This document shows, one piece after another, positions 40,564 to 49,458 of a DNA stretch of 64,000 nucleotides; positions within the stretch are counted from its first letter, which is position 1; every line of letters begins with the position of its first letter. Location of the stretch: NCBI GenBank assembly GCA_024650005.2, contig CP122380.1, forward strand, positions 1,280,001 to 1,344,000, given 5' to 3'. A program made the translations under genes and the position numbers. The DNA comes from Candidatus Bathyarchaeum tardum (lineage in GTDB: Archaea; Thermoproteota; Bathyarchaeia; Bathyarchaeales; Bathyarchaeaceae). Below the pieces are notes generated by a model that saw nothing but the letters and a program-made list of their open reading frames with translations, was not told the DNA's origin and did not search any database.

Positions 40564-41274
40564 ATGGAATATGTACTTATTTGTGATTTAGATGATACTC
40601 TTACAGGGGACATGAAAGCAATTGAAAAATTCAATGACGTTATAGGTGATTCAAAGTTTCACCTAGTTTATTCAAGTGGAAGGTTCATGAATTCCATTAA
40701 AGAGTTAATTGCAAGTTCAGGTTTGATCGAACCAAATGTTATCGTTGCAAATCTAGGGACAGAAATTTATTATGGTCCAGATTGGATAAAAGATAAAAAT
40801 TGGGAAAGAAAACTTAAAGCAAATTGGCAAAAAGAAAAAATTATCTCAGTTTTAAATGATTTTAATTTGAAATCTCAACCTTATGACAAAGATTTGGTTA
40901 TTTCTTATTACACTGAAGATAAAAGAATTGTTGCTGAAATGAAAGCTAAAATCGAACAATACAACGTAAAATTAGTTCATACAAAAAAACAATTTTTAGA
41001 TATAATACCTGAAAAAGCAGGTAAAGGTAATGCTGCGAAATACCTTGGAGAGAAAATGAATTTACCAATAGTTTGTTGTGGGGATTCCGAGAACGATGAA
41101 GACATGCTAATAAAAAGTGATTACGGAATACTTGTTGGAAATTCATCGCACTATTTACAAAAAAAATTGTGCAGATATCCAAATATTCATTTAGCTAATT
41201 CAAATCATGCAAATGGAGTTTTAGAGGGTTTAATGCACAAAGGCATTATTCACCTCAAAAAAGAGTCTTTCTAA
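40564..41274 (+). CDS. HAD-IIB phosphatase, sucrose-phosphate phosphatase-like
   Basis: LICDLDDTL.GD, LVYSSGR, GTEIY, LDIIP..AGKG.A, CGDSEND. Confidence 0.85.
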   Translation: MEYVLICDLDDTLTGDMKAIEKFNDVIGDSKFHLVYSSGRFMNSIKELIASSGLIEPNVIVANLGTEIYYGPDWIKDKNWERKLKANWQKEKIISVLNDFNLKSQPYDKDLVISYYTEDKRIVAEMKAKIEQYNVKLVHTKKQFLDIIPEKAGKGNAAKYLGEKMNLPIVCCGDSENDEDMLIKSDYGILVGNSSHYLQKKLCRYPNIHLANSNHANGVLEGLMHKGIIHLKKESF

Positions 41275-41278
41275 AAAA

Positions 41279-41923
41279 TTATATTTTCATTTGAACTTTT
41301 TCCTTTATTTCCGGAAGGTTAACAGGAACTTCTGGAAGTTGTTGTTTAACATTGTTTTCAGCAATTTGAGCTGCTTCATCCAATATACTTTGTGCAGCGT
41401 CATTTGGCACATCAAAACATAGATCAACTTGGTTGCTTTGGTGAGTTTCAGACATTATTCCGTTAAGCAGATTGCTAATTTGACCAAGTTCTTTGCTGGC
41501 TTCAGGTAAAGTTCCAGAGATTCCTTTTCCAATGTCGCGTAGCATATTAACACTTGGAGAAAGCAGACCAACAACGTCTCCAAATTCTGAAACGGTTCCC
41601 AAGCGTAACGAAATCTGTTCAAGAGCAAGCTTGGTATTAGAGATGTGTTTAACTGTTTTTCGTATTTCTGATAACTCGCTAGCGTAAACTTTGGCTCTAA
41701 CAAGGTCATGTTGTGAATACGCTTTAACCGTTTTAGCAAATAGGGACTTATCCCGTTTAGAAAAGTGATTAACAGCGTTGTCTAAATGTTGAATTTGAAC
41801 ATTCATTCGTTTATTTGCAGCATCAAGTCGTGATTTCAAAGGAGTAGGTTTACGGACTTTATCTTTTATTTTGTCACTAAAAGAAGTTTTTTCTTCAATT
41901 TTCCAGTTTTCTGAGAATTTCAT
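41279..41923 (-). CDS. Snf7/ESCRT-III (CdvB-like) protein
   Basis: RD..LF......RA..YA.EL.EIRK...LALEQI.LRL.TV..GDV; helical. Confidence 0.85.
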   Translation of the reverse strand: MKFSENWKIEEKTSFSDKIKDKVRKPTPLKSRLDAANKRMNVQIQHLDNAVNHFSKRDKSLFAKTVKAYSQHDLVRAKVYASELSEIRKTVKHISNTKLALEQISLRLGTVSEFGDVVGLLSPSVNMLRDIGKGISGTLPEASKELGQISNLLNGIMSETHQSNQVDLCFDVPNDAAQSILDEAAQIAENNVKQQLPEVPVNLPEIKEKVQMKI

Positions 41924-42332
41924 AAATTATCCCAAGCAATAACAAAAGAAGCAAACATCATTAACATGATTAATATGTTGATAACATGTAGAAGATTATT
42001 TACAAAATAATTATTCTAGACGTGTTAGGTTATTTTCCCTACAAAGATGTAAATATAAAAAATAAACTAAGGGAAATTATACATATAAATATAATTGAAA
42101 GGTTCATGAAATTTCTAAAATAAAAAAATCGTAATTAATGATTTATTATTTTTTTAACAACTTAGAAATCAATAAGTAAATTGATATAAAAAAGAGTTAA
42201 AATATGCTGTTTATTCTTTCCCTGAACCCAAGAGTTAAAATAACAAGCATTAACTTGAACCCAAATCTATAATAATATAATAAAAATTTGTGAATTACAA
42301 GATAGTGTACACGTCGATTTTCCAGAAAACAT

Positions 42333-42521
42333 TCAACGATTCTTTTTGATTTTCAGATTCCGAATGTACAAAGAAGCTTCTTGGGCGGTTTTTGCTTGCA
42401 CAACTTTTTTTGTTTTGCTAAGGTTAAGCCGGCTGGAACAGTAAGGGCATAATTTGGTTTTTTGGAATTTTTTCGCTAACAGATAGTGACCGCAATTGTA
42501 ACAAACTAGCACTATGTACAT
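42333..42521 (-). CDS. DUF1922-like zinc-ribbon protein
   Basis: CYNCG...A...QKTKLCPYC. Confidence 0.8.
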   Translation of the reverse strand: MYIVLVCYNCGHYLLAKKFQKTKLCPYCSSRLNLSKTKKVVQAKTAQEASLYIRNLKIKKNR

Positions 42522-42588
42522 ATTTATCACTTTTCAGAGGAAAGCTTTTTCTAACCTTTAATTCAATGCTGTAAGAGGAAGCAGATAA

Positions 42589-42927
42589 ATGAGTCGACTG
42601 TCACTAACAGAGCTTGCCCAAAAATATTTCAGGCAAAACGGATACAAAACAGAACAAGACGCCATCATAGAAGGCAATTCAGGCAGTACCCACAAATTTG
42701 ATTTAATTATTAAACGAGGAAAAGAAAAACGGTCAGTTTGGATCAAAGATTGGAACCGCACCGTCGGAGTAAACATGATAATAAACATCGATAACGCCTC
42801 AGAAGACATTGGATATCCGAAACCAATTATAATTTCAGAAAAATTCAGCGGTCACGCCAAAGCATATGCTAACCGCCGTAGCATAACTTTGCTGTCTAAA
42901 CAACAAATTTTACGGTTACTAGGATAA
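42589..42927 (+). CDS. Small Mrr-like PD-(D/E)XK-fold protein
   Basis: YF...GY......G.SG..H.FD.I; FS..A..YA....I.L. Confidence 0.7.
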   Translation: MSRLSLTELAQKYFRQNGYKTEQDAIIEGNSGSTHKFDLIIKRGKEKRSVWIKDWNRTVGVNMIINIDNASEDIGYPKPIIISEKFSGHAKAYANRRSITLLSKQQILRLLG

Positions 42928-42931
42928 CAAA

Positions 42932-43549
42932 CTAAAAATGTTGCATAAACTCAGCAAGTTTTCCTTCAGCGTCTAGTTTAGATAACCAATCCACAGTTCC
43001 TATTCTGCATTGTTCCTTGTTTTCTAAAACCTGAAGCATCTCGTTAACCACTTCTTCTACAGTAAGGTTAGAGACGTCAATTTCACAAACTTTGTTTGCG
43101 CCAGAAACAGAAACAGAATCCCATAAACAAACATCCAAAACCTCAGAAGACAAATTCTCCCAAACTTTATTTTCAGAATAACCCCGTTGCTCTAAAACTA
43201 GTTTTAGTTTAATTGGATCTTTTCTAAGAACAAAAACAATTTTCACCTGATGAACAGGAACAACATCAACAACATAATGCCCCTCAATTACTATGGAGTC
43301 CTCCGCTTTTTCCAAAATTTGTTTTATTTGCTCTGAAACTTTAACGGTGTCAGCAACCAAGGTATCTCGCTGCTCATCTACGGCGTCAACCAAATTTTTA
43401 GATTTAACAAGGTCGGTTACACTCAAATACTCGGCATTCAGTTTAGAAGCTAACAACTTGGAAGTTGTTGTTTTTCCTACACCCGGAGTTCCGGTTACCA
43501 AAACTGCAGTTTTAATTTGTTCTGCTCTCCTAATGGCGGTTAAATACAA
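42932..43549 (-). CDS. Adenylate kinase, AK6/Fap7 family (start uncertain)
   Basis: VTGTPGVGKTT, IEGH, L..RGYSE.KV.EN. Confidence 0.9.
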   Translation of the reverse strand: MYLTAIRRAEQIKTAVLVTGTPGVGKTTTSKLLASKLNAEYLSVTDLVKSKNLVDAVDEQRDTLVADTVKVSEQIKQILEKAEDSIVIEGHYVVDVVPVHQVKIVFVLRKDPIKLKLVLEQRGYSENKVWENLSSEVLDVCLWDSVSVSGANKVCEIDVSNLTVEEVVNEMLQVLENKEQCRIGTVDWLSKLDAEGKLAEFMQHF

Positions 43550-43645
43550 AGTTTCTAGGGTTATAGTTATGTTTTTTGTGTTTATTCCTAAAAAGCTTAA
43601 GAGCATTAAGGTATAATTATAAGCAATTCATGAAATACGATAACC

Positions 43646-44293
43646 GTGGATGGGAAATTAGCATTGAAACTACTGCACACGATTGAAAAGATTACAGAAA
43701 AAATTGCCCCTGGACCTTCTCCATCATTTAACGAAGCCCACGTAGTTAAAGTGCTAGAAATAATCGGTGACGAAAAAAACGTCGGAAGAATAAAACTTTC
43801 CAAAGAACTTGGACTAGGAGAAGGCGCAACAAGAACCCTCTTAAAACGCCTGAAAAAAGAAGGACTAACCAAAAGCTCACGAAGCGGAATCTCATTCACA
43901 GAAACAGGAAAAAACCTGTTTGACGAATTGCAAAACAAGCTCAGCAAAGGAATCGACGTTCCCAAAAGTCCTTTAACCTTAGGTGCATGCAACATTGCGG
44001 TTCTTGTTCGAAACTCAGCCAACTCAATAGGAAGCGGCATGGAACAACGAGACACAGCAATAATGTGCGGAGCAACAGGAGCAACTACTCTAGTTTTTTC
44101 TAACAACAAACTAACATTGCCCAAAGGAGAAGAAAACATCTCCGAAAAAATGCCCCAATTACATAACAAATTGATTACACAACTCGAACCAAAAGAAAAC
44201 GACGTAATCATCGTAGGCTGCGGAAAAAACAAAGACCTCGCAGAGATCGGAGCAAAAATGGCAGCAATAAAGCTACTCAAAAACAACAACTAA
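43646..44293 (+). CDS. wHTH protein with DUF4443-like domain
   Basis: GP.PSF...H, GR..LSKELGLGEGATRTL, QRD.AI..GA.GATT. Confidence 0.8.
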   Translation: MDGKLALKLLHTIEKITEKIAPGPSPSFNEAHVVKVLEIIGDEKNVGRIKLSKELGLGEGATRTLLKRLKKEGLTKSSRSGISFTETGKNLFDELQNKLSKGIDVPKSPLTLGACNIAVLVRNSANSIGSGMEQRDTAIMCGATGATTLVFSNNKLTLPKGEENISEKMPQLHNKLITQLEPKENDVIIVGCGKNKDLAEIGAKMAAIKLLKNNN

Positions 44294-44377
44294 TCTTACG
44301 GCCATTTTTAAACAACTAATTGAACATGATGATCAAACATGTCTAAAAAATCTGGCTTGCGAAACTGAAAGAATACT

Positions 44378-44605
44378 GTGAGAGTTTATAAGTTTCTTTT
44401 TCAGTGTTCAGGCAATTGCACGAGTCCACGTCAGATTGCAAGAGAACTTCGTTCAAACGTCAAACACGTAGCATATCATCTGAACAAGTTACTTGATTTG
44501 GGTTTAGTCAAAAAAGTAAACGGTTACTATCACATAACGGAAATCATTGAAGGAGTGCCCTTAGACAAGTTAAAGTCAGCAGCATCGATTTCAATCCTTG
44601 CATAA
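44378..44605 (+). CDS. Small wHTH protein or fragment
   Basis: SPRQIAREL......AYHLNKL.DLGLV.K..G.Y. Confidence 0.5.
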   Translation: MRVYKFLFQCSGNCTSPRQIARELRSNVKHVAYHLNKLLDLGLVKKVNGYYHITEIIEGVPLDKLKSAASISILA

Positions 44606-45313
44606 CCTCCCTCAGGAGCCTCAATTAGCCCATAGCCGAAATCAGCACTTCCTGTTTCCTCATAAGTTTTCCTCCATTCCATCACTCCCGTGGAATTTAT
44701 CTTCATTAACCAAGAGGTGCCCTGCCAAGACATATCCTCCATCAGAAGCTTGGACCATTGCTCGAACCCCTTATCCGGTTATTGTTTTGTTCCATTCCAT
44801 GTTTCCATAAACATCAGTTTTCACAAACAATCCGTCACCTGCCAAGGCATATCCTCCATCTGAAACCTTAACGATAGAGTAAACTCCTTCCGTATTTGGT
44901 CCTCCATATGTCTTGTTCCATTGCATGTTTCCATCATCGTCAGTGTTCACCAACCAAAAATCTTCTTCTCCCCGACCGAAAGACTCTGTGGAACCCGCTA
45001 GTGCGTATCCTCCATCGGAAGTTTCAACAATGCAGTTTGAATAATCATTTTTTTCTCCCCCATACGTCCTATTCCATTGAATATTTCCCCCATGGTCAAT
45101 TTTGACTAACCAAAAATCATCAATTATGCTATATCCTCCAGCTAGTGCGTATCCTCCATCCGACGTAGCAATCATCGAATAAACCTCCTGATTTTGGTTA
45201 ATTTCATAAACTTGGCTCCATATATTAGACGAAGCCCCAACAGAAGGAAAACTAATCCAAACCAAAGTACAAACAAACAGTACCAACGTGAATGTTGTTT
45301 TTATTTTATTCAT
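44595..45313 (-). pseudogene. Frameshifted/truncated secreted beta-propeller repeat protein
   Basis: Signal peptide and TSDGGYALAG...WLVK.D..GN.QWN.TYGG repeats; the repeats continue past the stop at 44771 with frame shifts. Confidence 0.7.
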
Positions 45314-45359
45314 TTCTCATTCAAATATTATTAGTTTAAAATATAAGAAAAGGGTTTTT

Positions 45360-45375
45360 GTTAAGAAAAATTGAC
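45360..45375. promoter_or_regulatory. Palindromic operator GTTAA-N6-TTGAC
   Basis: Just upstream of the AAAAACCCTTTT BRE/TATA-like block of the minus-strand gene starting at 45313. Confidence 0.65.
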
Positions 45376-45792
45376 TAAACTACTCAAGATAAGCTATTTT
45401 CCAGCCAAGAAAATTAGATTAACAGATTTTATGAACTATTTTCTGAAAAAGCATCATATTGATTAAACAAATTGGATAATAAACTTCTAACAAAGCAGGT
45501 GTTTTTGAGAATGTGATCTAAAAAATCGGGATTTTTATCGATATCCTAGTGTGTCTTTTGGTGCAATGAGTTTTTTGCACTTTGGCAATAATGCTGAAGA
45601 GTGAATGGTTTGTTTACCCACCATACCCTGTGTACTAGTTTGTATTTGACTTTGTTCACATGCATAGCATTTTCCATCGTAAGGTTTGTGCGGTTCCATC
45701 ATTTAATTTTTCCCAAAATCATCATAAATCTTAAGACTGAATAAAATTTTATTGGTGGGAATACGGATTTTTGTAGGATGTGCCTTTGGTCA

Positions 45793-46938
45793 TTAACTGG
45801 AGTTTATGTGTGGTCTTAATTTGTTATCGTGATTAGTATTGTTGCTTGTTTGTTGTTTATTGTGTAATTTTTTGTAAAGTATTGTTACAGTTATTGCTGA
45901 GAGAAAAAACAGTAGCCCAATCCATGATGAAAACTCTGGGATGTGGTTATTGAGGAAGTATTGTTCATTTTCTGTGCAATATGTAATTGAAGGATTTATT
46001 GTACGTTCATCATTAGCTGAATCTAGTTTATAGCCTCCAATCACATATATTGTGTCACTTACTATTACAATACCTGGATCGAGCCTTCCTTGTGATGTTG
46101 AAAAACAAATTGTCCATCTGTCTGTTTTTGGTTCGTAACTTTGAATTGTGAAGTTTCGTAGAGTTAGTTGCCAGTATGGTAAATCTGCGTCTGCAGCATA
46201 AACATAAATTTGTTCTGGGATGCCAAGACCTTTTGTTGTACCTACAGATGCTAAAACTGTAGCTGAAATTGGTGGAGTTCCATAATGCCAACTGCTATTT
46301 TCAATTGAATAAATTTGGGTTGTGTTTGATTTTATGATGTATATACTATTATTAATGACTGCGGAGGCGTATGAACAAACTGCAGTGGGTATAGATGTAT
46401 CTGTTTGCCAAGAATCTGTAATTGGGTCATACACCTCATTAATTGTAGAGTTGGGTATTCCACCAATTATGTATATTTTATTGTTCACTACGTTTGCTTC
46501 AATGTCCATTCTTGCTGTTGGCATTGGTGTTTTTGTTTCCCATGTGTCTGTGGCTGGATCATACATTTCGGTTATATTGGTTGCTGAAAAACCATTGATG
46601 TATCCTCCTATACAGTAAATTTTGCTGTCAATAACTGCAATTCCAAATTCGGATCTTGGGGTCGGCATGTTTGTTTTAAAACTCCATGTGTCTGATGTTA
46701 AGTCATATTCTTCTACTGTTGACCTGAACCCTTCTTGATTGATGCCGCCTATGGCATATATTTTGTTATAGGCTACTGCAATTCCCAGTCCGCTTCTTGG
46801 TTCTTGCATAGGTGTTTTTGAGCTCGGAGACTTGGTGATAGTATTTGCAGAAGGAAAAACGGGGATAATAAAAAACGTAATTATACTTAGAATTGGAAGG
46901 ATTGTAAGTAGTTTAGTTTTTTGCATTAATATCGCCAT
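45793..46938 (-). CDS. Kelch-repeat surface protein with PEF-CTERM-like anchor
   Basis: KIY.IGG...YDP.TD.W...MPT.R repeats; IPEFSSW plus TM helix and basic tail. Confidence 0.9.
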   Translation of the reverse strand: MAILMQKTKLLTILPILSIITFFIIPVFPSANTITKSPSSKTPMQEPRSGLGIAVAYNKIYAIGGINQEGFRSTVEEYDLTSDTWSFKTNMPTPRSEFGIAVIDSKIYCIGGYINGFSATNITEMYDPATDTWETKTPMPTARMDIEANVVNNKIYIIGGIPNSTINEVYDPITDSWQTDTSIPTAVCSYASAVINNSIYIIKSNTTQIYSIENSSWHYGTPPISATVLASVGTTKGLGIPEQIYVYAADADLPYWQLTLRNFTIQSYEPKTDRWTICFSTSQGRLDPGIVIVSDTIYVIGGYKLDSANDERTINPSITYCTENEQYFLNNHIPEFSSWIGLLFFLSAITVTILYKKLHNKQQTSNNTNHDNKLRPHINSS

Positions 46939-46975
46939 AATTCTATTAATAATAGTTAAATATTAAAGCATTTTT

Positions 46976-46991
46976 GTCAATAAAACTTGAC
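46976..46991. promoter_or_regulatory. Palindromic operator GTCAA-N6-TTGAC
   Basis: GTCAATAAAACTTGAC next to AAAAATGCTTTAATA upstream of the Kelch gene. Confidence 0.7.
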
Positions 46992-47067
46992 AAGAATTAA
47001 TATTTAATTAAAAAAAAGAAAAAATTTGTGTTCCGTTTGAGGAACATGGGATTGAAGTTATCAGATT

Positions 47068-47829
47068 TTATGATGCCGTTGCATATAGTGCATCTATTTG
47101 TATGCAATTAAAGTAGTCTGGGTAAGGATATGGGTCTGGATATGGTGCTGGTGTCCAACAAATAACTGAGTAGCAGCTGTATGATGATTCTGTGTTTCCA
47201 ACAAAAACATAGGCGGCTGCACTATTTGTTACGCTCGTGTACCCTATAAAGTCCCATTCTAAAAAGGGAGTGTTTATATTATTACTCGCATAAACCATTA
47301 CAATATTCTTCCAAGGGGGATTAGTTCCTGTGTGTGTTCCTTTTTTGGCAATGACGTAAACGTTTCCACCTGCAGACGAACTCATATACCCTGCTGCAAA
47401 AGCTTCGCCCCCCATTGGGTTTTCTATGTCTTCATTCCATCCATCAGTATGTAAATGGGCGAAGTTTCCGTCATAATATCCTTCTAAATTGCTGGCATAT
47501 TGAATGTATCCATAAGGCTCATACGGGGATGTTACTTCAACTGAATCTAAATATGCAGTTGTTTTTGAATAGTCATAGATGTCTTCGCCTTTGGCTATCA
47601 CTTCTTTATTATGGTTTAGTTGATCTAACCATTTTATTCTTATCTTGTTCAGTTCTGCCTCAGACAGTTCTGTTCCATATTTTTCTAATAATCTCTCTAG
47701 AAAATCGGGAAGGAGACCGTCTCTTGCTTCCGTTGTGGAGTTTGCCAAAACAGTTACATAATTTCCTGTCATTAAAATTATGGAAATTAGAATTGTTGAA
47801 ATCAGTAGTTTTTTCTTAATTTTTACCAT
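47068..47829 (-). CDS. Secreted hypothetical protein
   Basis: GGAGGTG RBS before MVKIKKK; signal peptide. Confidence 0.75.
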   Translation of the reverse strand: MVKIKKKLLISTILISIILMTGNYVTVLANSTTEARDGLLPDFLERLLEKYGTELSEAELNKIRIKWLDQLNHNKEVIAKGEDIYDYSKTTAYLDSVEVTSPYEPYGYIQYASNLEGYYDGNFAHLHTDGWNEDIENPMGGEAFAAGYMSSSAGGNVYVIAKKGTHTGTNPPWKNIVMVYASNNINTPFLEWDFIGYTSVTNSAAAYVFVGNTESSYSCYSVICWTPAPYPDPYPYPDYFNCIQIDALYATAS

Positions 47830-48369
47830 TTTTTCACCTCCATCGTTTTTACATGTTCTCTTTCTGTTCTTCAATTGGAGCTAGGTGGTGAGGCACCTCC
47901 GCTGCATTTAGCTTCGGTTTAGTGTTGTGGAGAAAAATGGGTTGTAAGTTGATTCGCTTTTTTACAGAAAAAGTTCGATGCGACATCCCAAAGATTAGTG
48001 ATGTAAAACTCGAAACATTTTTAGCCACATTACTCCCCTTTAACCATTATTCACATCATTTATTTAAATTATTTGGTTAATTTTTATTGGTATGCATATA
48101 CACATTGTAATTAATTGCTAATAAATGTACTTTTAGTTGTTTTTATTATTATTCATTCTAGCATTCTTTTGGAGTGAATTTGACCATTGTTTGCGAAATT
48201 ATTAGATCTGAAAGTAAGTTTTGTGAATATAAAATTCAAAAAACGTTTTTTTGAAAAATCGCAAAAAAGCAATAATACCCTACTTTCCAGCTACACTAAA
48301 GCCTTATTGTAGCACACATTTTTCCTTATAAAAACAGGTTGATTAGAAGATTTTACATATTAGAATTTG

Positions 48370-48612
48370 CTAAGTCAAGAACAAATCTAGATATTTTTGA
48401 CCTTTGGAAGCTATTTGATAAACGACTCTGGAAATTCTTTTGATACGTTCATTATTTAATAGATATTGAAGCTGTGACTTGAAGGCGTTTGTAGCAGCAA
48501 ATCGGTACCCTGATGCATTAACTCGTTTTTCTAAGCGAGTATAATGCATATTGCTTTTTTCAAGCATTGCCAATATTGGCTTTCGAAGAATATCGCGCTC
48601 ATACTTTTCCAA
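48370..48612 (-). CDS. Small wHTH protein
   Basis: IL..L......YT.LEK...F...LQYLL....I.R....YQI..KG..YL. Confidence 0.55.
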   Translation of the reverse strand: MEKYERDILRKPILAMLEKSNMHYTRLEKRVNASGYRFAATNAFKSQLQYLLNNERIKRISRVVYQIASKGQKYLDLFLT

Positions 48613-48919
48613 TTAATCTGATCTCTATTGTTTTTGCTTGCTCTTGTGACCACAATTTGAGCATTGATACAAAACGTCAATTTCTCCAGATTATACTATT
48701 TTGTGATTAAATCAGGTGAGTAAGGAATCATTTTCGTTCCGCAAACAAGGCAATATTCGTACCAATTACAAACGGCATAAAATCTGCAAGATGCCGTCTA
48801 CGAAGAATTTTCCCACAAGCTCAGCATTTGCCTGTTGCATACCCTATTTTGGCTATCATTTCTGTTCACATATGAAAATCAAAAAAGAGAGAAATTGGGC
48901 ATTGAATTAAATGATGAGG

Positions 48920-49162
48920 TTACCATCTGGTTCCTCTTGCCACGGCTTCGGGTTTTAGGATTCCAAGGTCTTCGCGTTCGCTGCCAACAATGCCGTAACA
49001 GTCATCACGGGGATTCTCAAAAGGCTCAGTCATTACGTCTCTGCGCAACAACATAGCAGCTGCAACAACAGTATCAATGGCGTACACCGTTCCGTCAGCT
49101 ACTTTGCTACTAACTGCAATCTTCATTCCCAAGGTTTCAATCCTTGTTTTAATGGATTCCAT
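48920..49162 (-). pseudogene. C-terminal fragment of an HK97-like major capsid protein
   Basis: LG..I.VS..V..GT.Y.ID....A.ML.RRD...E.......YGIV.SER..LGILKPEAVAR is typical of capsid C-termini; N-terminal part absent. Confidence 0.55.
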
Positions 49163-49458
49163 CCTTTGACCTTCAGAAAGGTCATTTGTTGTTGTTGACC
49201 CCCCTACCCCCCAACAACAACAATTTGTTTATTTTAAGTGTATGAATTAGTTTAGCATCAATGAAGTTTTATTGTTAGAGTGTGACGTTTAGTCTTTTGA
49301 AGCTCGATAACAACGCGTGTATGATTTTTTATGAGGTTATTGATGGATTTCTGTTAGTTGATAAATTAAGATTCAGTTAAAACTTTGAACGGGGGCTCCA
49401 TTGGTTGGAAAATTGCAGGCTAATTAGTCCATAAACAAAATAGCTCTTGAAAAGGGTT

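Noticed and set aside
43606-44289. 227-aa minus-strand ORF and similar antisense ORFs (e.g. 9174-9668, 20359-20820)
   Set aside because: Shadows of well-supported genes on the opposite strand.
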